Of a stretch of DNA of 64,000 bases, positions 26,301 through 41,656 are shown piece after piece. Position numbers and translations under genes: made by a program. How positions within the stretch are numbered: position 1 is the first letter of the stretch; each line of letters opens with the position of its first letter. Below the pieces are notes generated by a model. The model was given only the letters and a program-made list of their open reading frames with translations. It was not told where the DNA came from and did not search any database. Origin of the DNA: Lingula anatina (taxonomy: Eukaryota; Animalia; Brachiopoda); NCBI GenBank assembly GCA_051362555.1, contig CM120645.1, forward strand, positions 3,658,001 through 3,722,000, written 5' to 3'.

Positions 26301-29300
26301 TATTACCTGGGATCGCATCACAAAGAATCCCCGTAGTGGCTGCACATGAGTACTGCATTCAAAGAGGTCAAATCGTTTTCCGTACAATCGGTCTATACAA
26401 TCACTCCGTTTAGCTTTTATCAACAATAACGTTAAATTGCAACACTTTTCACCGAGCCTTTTTAAACAGGAATAAAACAAAAAAGACGCACGGAACACTA
26501 TTTTATGTATGTTTCTTTACAGTTGGCGCTCCTTACTGATATCCAGATACGACAGAATTTTTTAGCCCCCAGCCCCCAAGGTCAATCAAATAGTGACAAT
26601 GTGTCAATATTTTAAGGTTCTTAATAGTTAACTTAACTGTTTTGAATTGTTCAGTCATGCAGGTAAAGGGTTGTCTTGTGTTTACGACACAAGTTTAAAT
26701 GTATTTTATTTGTCCTGATGCTTTGGGTTAAATCAATCTTTTAGGAATTGACCTTATTATGCACCAAAATTATATATAGTTAACTTGTGTGGTTGATTGC
26801 CATGTGCCCGGTGAATGCTATTAAGTGGTGTGGAAATAAATATTCTATCCAATGGGCCACTGTTCTGAATCTGTGTATCAATAAGCAATTTGGTTTATTC
26901 AGTATTGAACTCGCAACGCACAGATGCGATGAAATAAGTCAATTTGATGCGCTCTTGCTAAAACATATGGAATATTTCGAAAAGTAATAAAGTATGCCTC
27001 AGTTTTCATATATCTCAGTGTCGTTGGGAGAGTCTTAAAATGCCCATGTGCCTGACTTTAGCAATGGTCATTACACTAATTACACTTTAAACTTCCTCAC
27101 TAACGAGTGCAGTTGCAATTCATATTATATCCAGTTAGCTTTAAGAGATAAGTACAATATATATTTTTTTCTCTCTCAAAATGAAAAGTTGGCTGATAAA
27201 TGCATTTTTCTTTGTTTGGCCTTTTTGCGATGATCAAAGCATTGGTATTCTACTTGAATATTCCATAGTTTTTAACAAGAGTGTAAGCATCTTACTCACA
27301 AAATAACCACAGATCAATGCATGATTTCCCAGTGGTCTTTTAAGCCACCCAAAAAGAGGTCTCTGACAGGTGCAGTGTATGTGCACATAAGTCATTATAT
27401 TTATCAGTTTTCGCTGATAGTTTTAAGAATTCTGATGCTATTTTTGCTCTGATAGCACATAAAAGTCGATCAAGCTTTTTTAAAGTGGAGAATGCGTTAA
27501 CAGATGTTTATTCGTAAGTAATTAAAGTTCCGGGAGCTCAGTTATATGTTATAGGTATCATTTATGACACATAGCTCAGTATTACCCCGTGTTACTGCTT
27601 CGCTCACGATTGCCTGTCAAAGCAAAAGGTTTTCGGTGTCATATTTGTATTTGAGCTTTGACAAATCTTTACCGTGAACTGAAGATCTGATCCGCGCTTT
27701 CTTATTTTTCTAATCTTCATAATCCTCATTTTGTTTCACTTCTGACAAGCAGGAATACATGTACATGAGATATTAAAAGGGACGATGGTGACCTTTGTCG
27801 GATCTAACAATGACTAGTAAACGCAGAAATGCTATGACTAGTAATGTACACATACCTGACAAAGAACGTTCTACTCTTTAACATATCACAGAGTAGGTCT
27901 TCAAAAAATCGTGAAGACAGAAGCAGTAGCGGCAGTAACAGCAGCAGCAGCGACGGCGGCGCCATCGCCAACATCTAAGTGCTGGCTAAAATATTTTAAT
28001 GATCTACATTTTCAGGATAGATTTTGATTGATTCTCATTATTTGCCACTATTTTGCCTACGATGAAGGATGAGTATACCCCTAGATTGGCGCACAGCGCA
28101 CAGCCCGCAGCGAAACACCAGGGCAATATTTACCAGGATGAAATTATCATTTTGTCATGTTGTTAAATATGAGTAACTGTGAAACCGAACGACGTGTAAC
28201 AGTTTACCTACTTACTGCGGCCGTGGTATCGTACGCGAAATTGGAAGTTTTTTACTTACTGAAATTACCAAAATATCCACAACAAAGAGGTTACCAAATA
28301 CCTAAGCTTAACTGTATTACTCAATTTTCCGATAAATGAATTCTACAATCTGATGTTTACATGCATCAATGAGAAATAAAATTGACGAATCCGACTCACC
28401 ACGCACTGTTAAGGCGGCACCGAAACAGGTTCACACCTCACACCTTAGTTTTCCTCATAACACCAGCAATGATACTGGAGCGAACAGTCAAATCGCCGTG
28501 ATACACGTTTGGAGTACACAGTACTACCACAGCGAAATTGTAAGCTATTTTCTCCACTTACCCACTTAACGTACTACATCCGCAGGGCCGTTCCTCTCAT
28601 TGCCTGTCCTGTTGTTATAATGTCACCTATTAGTATTCACCCATTATTATTTTTTTGAGCGACATCCTGTTGAATTGAGATGGAAATAGCCTTTTTTTGT
28701 ATAGATTATAACTGTCTCGCGGTCGACCACAGTAGATTTATGGCGTAGGGTTTAAAGGATCGCTGTTGTCACGCAACACACAGTCACACGAACTTAAAGT
28801 TGCCTTTGTCACATCGATTGAGACGTGACTTCACGCACCGTTTAACTCCTGCCCTTCTGCGTGTCTCTCTGTGTGGCTGTCATCGGGTATCCGTGGTCTT
28901 AACATGTATACTAACGGCGCTGCAACTGAGTCTTTCACCTTCTACACGTGTCTATATATATATATATATACATGTAAGCCCGAACCAGGAAACGTATTTT
29001 TTAAAATAGATCCCGCTTGCGCGCTTTGTTCCTAAGAATCGTAAATTGTACAACGTACAGCGCCCCGTGTGGTGCGATTAATCAGACACTCGGTTAATAC
29101 GCTTCATTGCACTGCCTACTTAAATTTTATCACTGGGGGCTGCGTTCGCCACGCCGAGGCGATGTAAATCATGAGCGCTCCCCTTATTTAAAGGTCAATC
29201 TCCCAGAATCTGACCAATGCAGAAGACTTATTTATTTGAATCGGTTTGGCCCCCGAGGGTGAAAACCGTTCGGGGTACGGAGTATTTCTTGATAACTTTC

Positions 29301-32300
29301 CCTGATAAACACATGAATATGGATGGTTTCTTGAAAGTGTTAAAAGCATCGAAACCATCGGGGTGGACGTTTCGAAGGGTAATTATTCCGATCAGTTTTG
29401 CTTAATGGTAGAAACCATTTGTAGCATGAAATATTTCCATGAAAAATCATTGAAAACTCATGCATATCTATTATTCTAGGAATAGAGCAGTCTTCATTTG
29501 AACTTAGGCGCCTGGGTGTTTTTTTCACTGTATGCATGTTGTGCTAATCTACGGATAAGCATACAAATGTTTCTCAAGGGATAACCATGCAACAATGGCA
29601 TACATAATATGGCGGAAGTGACGAAAAGTAAAAAAAAAAAAAAAAGAAGGAGAAAAAGCAGACGTAACTATCTCGGGTTCGTGCGTGGTGCACGCGCACG
29701 CACTACCGCGACTGGATCTTTTGGGCATTGCTTCCGTCTAGCAGTGTCGTATAATCGATGTCAATTACCTCTCTCTGGTGATTAAGCGTAGTCCTAATTG
29801 CATTTCATACGGTCCACAGAGATGGGCCAGTTTGACTTAGGCCGACTCTTCTCGACTGGAAACAGGTTTTAGAAAAATAGTCTGACAAAACGTTTTCTGG
29901 TTGTTTCAGGCGGGAGCCTCACCGCGTGCTGAAGTCTTGTATGCAAGGAAGTCTTACGCCATTTTCCACGTGTTTTTGGCTCGTGACCTTTCCCACCTGT
30001 ACCTGTAGGCATAAGTATGTCTATCTCGCTCAAAGACGCTGATAAAGAAAATAAATAACAGCAGTTGTAAGCCAGCAGGAATATAATTGTCTTGGAGCAA
30101 GGGGCTTTGAAAGAAAAAAATAGATAAGTGCATACATGTACTGTGTGTAGCTATAATCGTACTGTTATGATGCAAAGTTTCTTTCCATTTACCAGCTGTG
30201 TAAACGTGCACCTGCAAATAACCAACACGGCGAAGCATTTAAATGTATTGATGTATCAAATCATTTCTTTTGCATAGGCTATAAACGGCCCACACAATAC
30301 TTTAAAAAATATCAGCATTAAGGGTTGCACGTGGACTAAATTCACCCCAATTAATTATTGATTAATGGTTTATTTTTCTGAGAGATTTATAACTAAGTTA
30401 TGGCTCATTCTTATGCATCTTATTTATTACAAGAACTTGATATTTGACAAGTTGTCCTCCTAAAATATCGGCTATGGAATCACAGCACCTTGGCAGACAT
30501 GGCCCCTAATTCAGATGGAGATCAATATTCATCAAAAGAGGTCTTGGAGGATTATGTCATTGAAAGACCTTAAAGAGTTTGTCAAAGGACGAAAGGTTGG
30601 GGATGGGGCGTCCTTGGGTAGCATTAAACTTTGATTCCCCCTCCCCCCCCCCAAAAAAAAAAAAAAGTATACCGCCGTCATATGAAGTCACTCAAGGGGT
30701 CCACTGATCAGCCTGCTAAGAGACAAGTCAATATTCACAGTGGCAACATTATGCAGGGGAGAACTTGTGTTTGTGGGTAATGGTGGGTCTATTTCTCCTA
30801 TGTTGTCCATTAATAGTGATTAATATTACAGAATTTTATCGCTGTATAGCAGTATTAGGACCCTTTGGGGCGATGTGCGGTTATATTGAACGAAGGCATT
30901 CCCTTCGAGAGGTTAATTATTTTCTTGCATCAGTGGCTCGCTGTTGAATTGGGTCTCTCTGAAACTTGATTCACAGGCGTGTTTTCGGAAAACCTTCATT
31001 TTGAAACTACTTCTAATACATACATATCAAATCATTCGCCTCGTGGATCCAATATTTTTACAATATATGGTCACTGTATTGCAATATACAAAATTACATT
31101 TCCGTTCTTTCATTGATTTTTACAGAATGGTTGGTGGTACCACCTACAGGATCACAAACTTAACTGCAGTTGCCAATTTGCTGTGGGAGCCAGCCTTCCT
31201 TTATATGTTGTATACCAAAGAATATTTAATAAACTCCATAAAGAACTTTACTGTGGCTACCTCTGTCTCTGGAATTTGAAACACTTCTACAAGTTTTAAA
31301 TGTTTTGCTGTAACCAGAGAGAACACGGCTTATGGATATTACAGAGAGCAGAGAGATTCACGTATCATTTAAACTATATGGTTGGTGGGGCAAGGAACAA
31401 AGAAATTCCCAAACACGTATGAAAAATTGGAACACAAACTTTTAAAAAATTACTCTCATCAAATATGCTGGTGGTTTTTCATTTAAATGGCCTTTGTTCC
31501 GTGCCCCGGCGATAAAATATAAACTTGACACTGTAGTTAGTATAGTTGGATCTGTGAAGATGTGTAGTCGTCAAGAGGGGTCGCTACGGTTTTAAAGTTA
31601 AATAATTAGGTCATCCAAATTAATCATTATTGATAAGGGTGTTCTTTTTATACTCTTTTTATTACTAAATTTATTCATTTATCTATTCATGCATTCATTC
31701 ATCAACTCTTTGACTGACAAATCATGCAATCGCCAACGATCTTTAGTCACAAATTTGAAGCTTTGCCGTTATGACTTTCTAACAAGAAGGCCGTTTCCAA
31801 TTGCAATGCATTTAATACAATAAACTGTAATTGATAAATGCTGGTGTTGACCTTTTACGTTTCATTGGAGATATTTGCTATCATCACTGAATTCTGTACG
31901 TTAAAGGAATATCTCTCGTCAGATTAATCTACAGAATTTTCACATTAGATTAATGATCAGGCGGTCATTCCGAGAAATCAAAGTTCATGAACGACATTTT
32001 GTCCAGAGGATTGGCACTGGCGAAGTGTGTATCAAGCTTTAGTTTAAAAGAGTCCAATGAAGCAAAAGAGTCTTAATTACGGGCAGTTTGAATTTGAGGT
32101 GTTAATGACCCATTAATTACGCATCAGTAGTTGTATTTTTCTGCCGTGACCCTTGCTTGTTTTATATTTATTTCGATTATTTTGCATATAAATGGTGGCC
32201 TTTCTGTTTTATTGTTTGTTGAAGCATTGGAGTTGTTGTGTTTTTTTTTCATTCTGCATCGATAATAAAGCATGTCTCACACTTTTACAAACTGGATTGA

Positions 32301-32364
32301 AATAATTGATCAGTGTATTTTAGGTCGTATCACTCTCATGACTCTAGGAGCATACGGTCCCCGG

Positions 32365-32534
32365 TGTAACGTGACAGAGAGTCCCCCATGACAGAGAGTC
32401 CGCTTCCCATTCATTTATACAGGCAAGCCTCGCCCTAGATTTTAACCCACTTACGGGTAGGTCTGGCTAACCCTAACCATTATAACTAAATGGAGGGTTG
32501 ACTTTCTGTTACACAGACCCTCAGTTTCGTTACA
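32365..32534. mobile_element. Non-autonomous Ginger1-like DNA transposon (170 bp)
   Basis: TGTAACG...CGTTACA termini flanked by CCGG on both sides (32361-32364, 32535-32538). TGT..ACA ends with a CCGG TSD are characteristic of Ginger1. A second, interrupted copy is at 55246-56541. Confidence 0.75.
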
Positions 32535-35500
32535 CCGGCCTTCGATGACGGCCAATGACGTGTTTGACGTAGCCATGCGTGTGAACACAGCTTCAGACCA
32601 TGCATATACCAGTATTGTCAAAACTGCTGATCCTAACGCAAAGTCTTCATGGTGTGTTGTACAGTTTCCATGTTGGGCTTAAACACATCAATTTGCTAAT
32701 AGTGCATATATGACTTTTATTCCACATGTCGAATAACAAAACCGTCATATTCATTGTTTTTATGCAACATATATTGGGTTTTATGGGCAACAGGACCTCT
32801 AACCCCGAGCGAAGCTGCCACGACAGTTTGCAGGACGTTTTCCAGTACAACACCCTAAACAACTCCCCCCCCCCCCCCACAAGGATATAGTCCTCCCTAT
32901 ATATCATTAATCAGTTCTTTTTTTAAGTCTCATTCTTTTTCTACAGAGGTTTGACAAAGCAGGGCATTTATCTGTCTGCCAGGAAATGAGACATACGACT
33001 GCCAACAGATAAAAATTTGCATAAATCAGTGTCAGTTAATTCCTTAAACCTGCACATTCCAAGTGACAGAAAGGTTTTAACTGCTTATGTTTGTGCCCAT
33101 AATAACTGTATTTTTAAAACCATGTCCATCGGGAAAAGGTTTAGCCTGACTGTTTCTCGGGCCGGAAGAACAGTTTCTGGAAAGGATAAAGAGTAAAGGT
33201 AATGATCTTGAAAACTAATCGCCCACAAGAGTTGGTTAAGAAAAACATCGACATATGGGACGCGGCACGGAATAAAAAAGGAAAATCGTCTAGTCTTTTA
33301 ACTGTTATGTTAACCTTGTGTATCCCATGGTATACCTTTCAAAAGCTGTTCCTTTTCTCGGATAGACAATACTTTTTTTTTACCTCGCCTGATATTGCAA
33401 TTAGTATTATGTGGTAACCTTGAAGCTACACGTAACAGCTCGGCGCTCCCGTTCTCTTTTCGCATTGTATTTTTTGGCACAGTTTGGAATTTATTTTACT
33501 TTCTCCCCAGTGGTAAATTTGCTAGTTGGTTACCTAGGCATACTGTTTTCGAGATCGCAGAGGTAAACCTTTTTTAGCGATGAACTACATTGATCTGGCA
33601 CGAGGTCCACACCAATTTCGTATCTTTTTGACATTTTCACAACCTGGTATGAAAGGTTATCAGATTTGGCTCGATTTGATCATACAGATCCACCTACTTT
33701 AAAAGCGCTAACCACATTATCTTCAGACATATCTAAACTGGTGGAAACGTCTCCGTTTTTGTTGTTTTTTCCTAGCAGAAAACTTCATTAAATTGTATTA
33801 TTACACAGCGGTTCTGAAGTGATGCGGGTTTAATGGAGAAATCACTTTTCACGAAAGATGATTTCAACGGGAAATGTGGAGTTTGATTATCAGATTACTG
33901 TGATGTAACGTATTACGTGGGTATGATGAAAAAATATCCTGATGCTCGTGCTTTTTTATCCCGTTCACACCAGTTGCGATTTAGTTTTTAGACGTATGGC
34001 TGCAAGAAAAACAAAAGGGTTTGCCACTGATTCCGTACTCATAATTCGTCCTCTAAAAAGACGCTGTTAGGCCCCTGCCTACTGATTTCTTGAACCAGTT
34101 TCAAGAAAAGATTAAATCCCGAAATTTTACATTCAGAATCAAAAACTGGTCTGCTTCACTTCAAGTTAAATCCACAAAATTAAGTAGTCCATTTAAATAA
34201 AATAAGCATTGGTCCGAAAGGTAAGCCATAAGTTCCTTGTTATACAGCAGGCTCAATACTTCAGTTAATTGCACTACTACTGATTTATTTCTGGGATCAA
34301 GTAGACTCAAAGTTTTTTCTAAAAATTTAGACTAGGTTTCATCGAGGCTTCAACTCTTATGTGAAACAAGCACTTAGACAACGATTATCATCGTCGAGAA
34401 ACCCTATTCAAAACTTAAATTCATGTAGGTCTCAGATAAAACCGGTGTGAACTTGACTAATTAAAATTATGGGAAAAGAACAGCAGTTATATAGCAAAGA
34501 AGTAAATAATACAGTTGCGCAGCAAAATCAATATGACGGATCAACCGGATCCCGTTCATTAAGACACAATTGTAATGGTATTATTCAGCGACTCCATTTG
34601 TCATTTTGCTTATCCTTCTCTGGGTACGTTTGCTAGCAAGACCTTAGTTGGCACTTCATATGCATATACATTATTCTGAAGATTAAGTGGAAAATAGTCG
34701 TTATATAATCATCAGATTTATAATCGCCTAAGAAGTTTGAGTAATTTCAATCTAACATCGACGTACGCCATTTATCTATAATAAATTGCATAATGATACG
34801 CACATTTGTGTAATGTCTCGGAGAAGTTTCCGGTGCTTATCCATCTAAACCAAATATATTTGTAATTGCGTCATCATTATTTTCTAATTAAAGTTTTAAA
34901 TGCATTTGTATAATTCCTGGAAAGACGCTGCAACATGAAAACAAGAACCTGATTGTCTGCCAACGAGAACACTGCATTGATACGTGAGGAGCTTACAAGA
35001 TGCAGCAGCTGGTTCAGAAATTGATTCTCGGGTGCACGTGAACAAGGGGTTATAACATGTCTTGTACAAAACTCCCTAACTATATGAATCTATTTTGGAA
35101 ATATTCATAGCAGGGTGGGAGCCCCTCATCTGTCTCCATCCCTACCCCCACTCCCTTTAATATCCTGTGTCCACCAAATGTGTTTTTCAAAACACTTTTT
35201 ACCGCTGGTATTCATCTGTATAGTTGTCCTTCGGATGTGAAGTCCGTAACATACCGGTACAGTTACAGAACAAGGGTCAACCGAAGATCTAAATTTGCTT
35301 TCCAGAGCGAAAAGCAGGCAAGAGTCTAGCTAAAGCTGAAACATTCAGAACTTCTGGCAAGGGCCATTTATTTCAAAACCGTGATAAACCATGACACAAA
35401 CATATCAGTGAAGTTGTTTGTCGGTCCTTTTATGATTGCACATTTGCAAAAATAATGATCTTTTTAAGCTTGCCATTTGAAACCACGGCAATCTACTGTA

Positions 35501-35763
35501 CACGTACACGCTATTAACGCAGGTGGATTTCCACTGGGTCGGCAAACGGCTGATAAGCAACATGTGTGACGTCATGAATAATACACCGGAACAGGTTTGT
35601 TTTCCTGTGTGGTTGCACATTTGGAGTCCTATCATCATCGACGCGGCCTCGGATACCCTAGGTGACCACCTTCGAACTGGAGAACCATTAGCAGAATGTG
35701 TTGACACGGCGCTGACGTCGCGGGGCCCGCCAAAATCCCCAGAGTGCAGGAATAGATACTTAC

Positions 35764-35848
35764 GGTTAAATCAGGCGAGATAAACGTTTAATTCAGATAT
35801 CATAAGGATTCTAGTGACTAGAATATAAATTTCTTTACCTCTTTTATA
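35764..35848 (-). promoter_or_regulatory. Candidate TATA box, initiator and short first non-coding exon, possibly of the minus-strand GPCR
   Basis: Minus strand: TATAAAAG at 35848-35841, Inr-like TCACT about 33 nt downstream (~35815), CC|GTAAGT donor at 35763. The adjacent region is CpG-rich with a TGACGTCA site near 35567. Confidence 0.3.
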
Positions 35849-37093
35849 CGTGGATCAATGCGATAAAAAGCGCCTTAATTACTCCCATGGCCTTGGAGAT
35901 AAAAGTGAAATTGTATTTATACGTCGAGGACGATTATTGGTTTAATTTTGTTAGCTATAAACCCTCTGAGGTAAGCACACTCTACAGAAGGCAGTTTTGA
36001 TGTACACAATAACACACACAAAGGCGCACTCAGATACACATGCAAAATTGTATAAATTTGCCTCCCAGTTCAGCTAATCACACACACACACACACACACA
36101 ATGACACCTGTGCATATACTTGGATTTGTGTAGGTGTTTATTAACAGGTAAATCACATGCATAAGCACGACCTGATTGCTGTCCATGTGCATGCATAAAC
36201 GTGCACACAGACACACATACAGAAGCTAGCAGAATGTTACGCAAATACACGTGTCGTGAACACGCACAAGAGCACTCGGGCATGTCCACATACATGCAAA
36301 CACGCGGAAGCACCTAGGCATCTACACTTATTGCCCGCTTTTTATTGGAATACGGTGTATTCACGCCATTGATCGAAAAAAATATCAAGCACACTACTAG
36401 GAGTTGCGCTTGAAATACTTTTTTGTCAGCGGGCGATTTCTTTTTCACGGAATTGATAGGTTTTTGCGTTAAAAAGAAACATATATCACCTTTGCTGTCG
36501 GACACTTCATTAACGAAAAATTGTCGATCAAAGGATGATAATGTTTGAAATCATTCTGTAATATCCTATCTCGTTACTCATCTTGAGAAAAATATTGAAA
36601 TCGTAAATTGCCATAATTCACATTTATTAACTTGAAAGGACTTTACTCTGTGGGGATTTTGAGAGTCCATTCGCATTTCAAAACGATTCAGTATTATATT
36701 AACCTTTAAGTTGGATTCTGTTATTTTGCCACCGAGGATCTGCCCTATTTCATAGCACCAGCGAGGTAAAGTGCTTTTATCATCTTGAGCAGGAAAACAT
36801 TAAGTTATCATTTCAAAAGTTTCTTTTGATTAGTTTAAGGCCTATGTGGTTTGAATCTAAATTAAATGATTAAGCTATCCTGCCGAAGTATGCATAACAT
36901 GGATGACTGCAAAAAACGTAACGTCCCAGTCTGTACGCTCAGCCGGGTGCCAAATAGGTAAAAATGTACTAATATGGCTTCTTTGTCCCTAGACCTAGAT
37001 ATTCCCTACTAGTACAATATGGGGTTTCCCGATGAACGTAGTCACCTCTTGCCAATCCGATTGTACAAACCTGGTTTGAACCACGTGGTTATG

Positions 37094-37144
<51 letters not shown>
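37094..37144. repeat. (ATA)n trinucleotide microsatellite
   Basis: Directly visible. Source of the poly-I and poly-Y ORFs. Confidence 0.95.
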
Positions 37145-37145
<1 letters not shown>

Positions 37146-39378
37146 GACCGAACGAGTTGAATAAAGCCACTGAGATAAAACTGAGTTTTGAATTGTATCA
37201 ATTAGTTTTAAAACTTTAGGCCTTTAACTTTTACATGTGTGCATCTTTTCTTGCACGCCAAAACTGATTTGATTCTTTATTGTGACAATGTATCGTGGTT
37301 GTAATTTATATGACGCGGAATGACAACCAATAACATGAAGCCATAAATTGTATCGATTCAATTTCTTAATGTCATTTTTCTACACGCACAATTTAATAAT
37401 TACTGGCCTCTTTTAAAACGCAAGAAAATGTCCAGCCTAGTTTCCTGTCACTAATAACAACTGCGGACATATGGGTGCTTTAACTACGAGATTCATTTGT
37501 GAAACTCATTATAGTAACTTTCATGTTAGGCTATAAGGAAGCGCGGTATAAGATTTTCACTTGAACGCCACCTGATTGCCTTTTCACTGAAAAGGTGTTT
37601 TCCTTGAAACCCGGGATTACATTGATTCATTGCGTTTTCATCTGTCCCAAGAAAAACGTTAACAAATGACTTTGCCATTATAAGAAATCATTGTAAAGCT
37701 AAGTGGTCTGACCCAGCCAAAGAACAACAGAGATTTACATTAAAGGTACTCAGCACGTATTTGATAATATCCCACTGTCATATTTGTGTCTTGAAAAGCT
37801 TCCTATATTTTCTACATGTAATTTAGACATTGAAGACGATAAAATCATTTAAATAAAAGTTTATCTGAATTATTATCTTCTCAGCCCTCACAGGTAGCCG
37901 TGACAGCTAGCAACGTCTGTATTATACTTGACACAGGGCCGCGAAACAAAATAATATAAAATTTTCTTGTGTAATGAAGTAAAAACTAGGTCATTCCCGG
38001 TGAAGTTCAGGAATGCAGATTTCGTCCTAAATGACAGGTCAGGCATTTAGTACTGAATTATTTAATTAAAATGGAACGCAAGATCGAACTGACGTGCAGG
38101 GCCGCATCGAGCAATGATTCTTGAGTAAGAAAAATGTTTTTTAAAAGAAAATTAGGCGCAAAATTTAGAGTGCCTCCTAGTTGAGCCGCATGAGGCGCCG
38201 ACTCTGTCAAAACAGAAAAAAAGAGAGATCAAGAACAACACCTTTCAAGAAAACACCATCTCATGAGTTCTTTTTCAACTGAGCTCAGTGGCGTTACAAT
38301 TTTAGCCGGACGGATTATAGACAGTGCCAATATCCTCAGATAGCCTGAGCGTCAAGTCTTTTCAGATCAATTTAGCAACATAAATGGTTCCGCCATGGAT
38401 CCCCGGATTCCTAATAGTTAAATTCGGATTAATTTAGCAACACAAATAGTACTTATTATCATACACCGTCGCAACTGCTGGGAAATATTTAACGAGGCCA
38501 ATCGATGTCAGTGGACAAAACTTGGAATTAGGGAATACAATTATACGATTTCAGTAGCGATATTAGCAGATAACCATATGTAAACAGTATTTGTTTTCAA
38601 TAAGTAGTTAGATAAATAAAAAATTAAAGACAGAGAGAGAGCACAAGCATTTACCTATTAAGTTTAGTTATACAAATCCATATCGTATACCTTTGCGTTC
38701 TTTGGGATGTTCACTTCAATTACAACCCATTCAAGTATTTCGGATTTTCAGGTGTCTATATGAAATTCTGACTAACACAACTGCAAGGTGCGTAGTGGTG
38801 ATACCCCAGTAGATATCCTCTGCAGAAAAACAACCGAACGCCACTTAAAGCTGTGGAGAATGATATAATATTGACATAAAACTGCACCGCAAATGATTTA
38901 TTATATTTATATACAGACAGAGTGAAATAGGTTTTTCATCGTCTATTGCGCAATGATGATGAAACAGTAAATCTTTTCTAGGGAAAATGGATAGAAAACA
39001 CGCTTGGTTTCTTTAGAATCGATTTAGCTTTTTAATTAATGCACATTCACATTTTAATACGCTTTTGGATTATTCTAAACATTTCATTTACCAGTCCCTG
39101 CCAAGCCCTTCAATCACTTAACGTTGCGGTGTCCTTTCTCTCTTTTAAGAGCACAGGAAAAAATGTTGGATCATTTCTTGATGTACTCGGACAGAAAGGG
39201 AGAGGTACGGATCTTGAATATGCTCAGAATTACTTTTACCGGAATAAATGGAGATCAGCGTTGACTATATTTGATTTTTTTAAAGGAAATAATTGTGGAC
39301 AAATAAGAACGTAGAAGAGAATGTAGGTTTAGACATTTTATTTCAAAACAGCCAATGCCTTGAATTCCCAATGAACTT

Positions 39379-39413
<35 letters not shown>

Positions 39414-41656
39414 TAATTTTTTCTTAAATTCCAGTGTTTTCTGGTGTCTGTCAAATGTTCACCTCTCGTCGTGCTAACTTCGAGTTGTAGGTTTTGTTTC
39501 TTTAAACCAGGGAATTATATCCGATATAATTCCCTGTTTAAACATCCATATGTATATCATATTAATGTTTTTAAAACATTTTCTAAGGAAAAATGAGAAG
39601 TGTATTACCCTCCGTCCCAATGCAATTCTTCTATGACGCTCACAGCTAGCTTTCGCTGATGACTTTGTAAAACGAGATTGTATTTACCCAGACCATAATA
39701 ACCTAGGGGTTACCTTGTTTAAAAAGTTACATCACAGGTCCTACAGGGAATTGTGCGGCTAATTTACTGTTATGCCTGAACCTTTCTCTGTCTGGGCCAT
39801 TTCCCGTCCAACATAAAAGTACTAAACAGACTATGGTACTCCAGAGTACAATAAAATGAACACAGCGCCCCGTGTTTATCAATTAAGTAAAACACATTGT
39901 CACAAACAAATTAGACTATTTTGTCTACACTTGGTATAAAAGTGCTCATTAAAGAGAGAAAACTCCAACCATCACCAGTCAACTGAGCAGTCTATAAGCT
40001 CAATGATATCTTGTAGGATACCACTATCCGCATAACTATACTGAACTGGATAATCAATGCTTTTAACAATCAAAATTTTAAAAGGTTGGCGGTCAAATGA
40101 GAAAAATGCCTGTTCTAAATGAGCTTAAAAATAATATGGTTTCATGCATTTATGGGATGACTCTATGTCTAAGTACACTAGCTGTGAACAGTTTAAACTG
40201 AATTTTTTGTTGTTGTTAATCGGTTCATAGCGATATTAACAAACCGTAAAGTGAGATACGGATACACAGGCTTCCTAAGTCGTTAAATCTTTTTAAAATC
40301 TTTTAATTTCTAGAATGAATCTTATATCGAATTCACTGAATTTGGGCGTGATCTAGACCCAATGGAAACCAACCATAACGGGGCCTTCAATACTGCGTGA
40401 CGTCATACGAAAGTTTGACAGAATGCACAAGTTTGACAGAATGTAAAACAAAAAACCAAAAGTATCCATGGATATATTCTGTCAGTTTTTGTTCGTAGCC
40501 GCACAATACTCGATGGTAAGGCATTATTACTGATCACACTCTCCTCCCAATCCCGTGAAATTTAGCTTAAATTTACGTTAAATCATTAGACTTTTGGCTG
40601 TCTTGGGTGGTTTCCATTGACGGTGAGGCTGATAATGATAAAACAACTAAATTCCAAACAAGAAGTTCGAACCCTTATTATGTCAAAATAACAAAGTTGT
40701 CAGGTAGCAGATATTACATGTACATGTAGCTACTGACTGGTTTCCAATAAGGTTTACCCATGATCACTGCATGGGAACAACTAAGATTCTGCATCGGTTC
40801 CATTTGGTTTTGGCATGGGTTTGGGATCGGCTTCACTAAGGTCCCAGTTGGGTTTGACCATGGATTCCATAGGGGTTCCAACGGTTTTCCATTAAGGTTC
40901 TGGTTTGGTTCCCTTAGGTGTCCACGTGGGTTCTATCTGGGTTTGCCCATTTTCGCCTTCAAAGCAAGACAGGTAGGTACTCAATAGATACTATAATTGA
41001 GCCTACATTGGTCTTCAGAAAAGCCAAGGGTGCCGGGTACCTATATAACGCTAAGAAACCCATGACAAACCCAGCACTCACCATATGGACCCCATTGAGA
41101 TAAAGTTTCACAATTATTTAGTACAGGTATGTCACCACAGATAGATGCTTAATATACACTAGTATCTCCATATTAGTAAATGTGTCTGTATATGTGTCAG
41201 GATTTGTTCGGAGCAAAGAAATGCAAGGTATTAATATAATATCTATGATTTCAAAAACCAACAAGTAAGTTTAGTCGGTTATGGTTGAAAATCAATGGCA
41301 GAAGCCCGTGGTGTCCCAAGACCCCACAGATAATTTCCCTTCTAATTTCGAAGTACGGGTGGTTCATAGCAATGGTCTCAGTCAGATTAATTCTGATAGT
41401 TCAAGGATAATAGCTTTGGTCAATTTTAACTTGTTTATAAGCATTGATGTTTATAAGCATTGATGTTTCACCATACTTTCACTAGAGGATCTAGAATGGA
41501 TCTTATAATAAGGATTACAAAATCTCTTGTAAAAAGTATTTGAAACAAAGGAGTACACCTTATTGCAATTCAGTTCATTCAGGATTTTCCTGTAACGTAA
41601 TAAAAGGCTTTTTTGATGATAGGCTATTTGTAAAGTGTCAAGGAGAGAATATTGTT

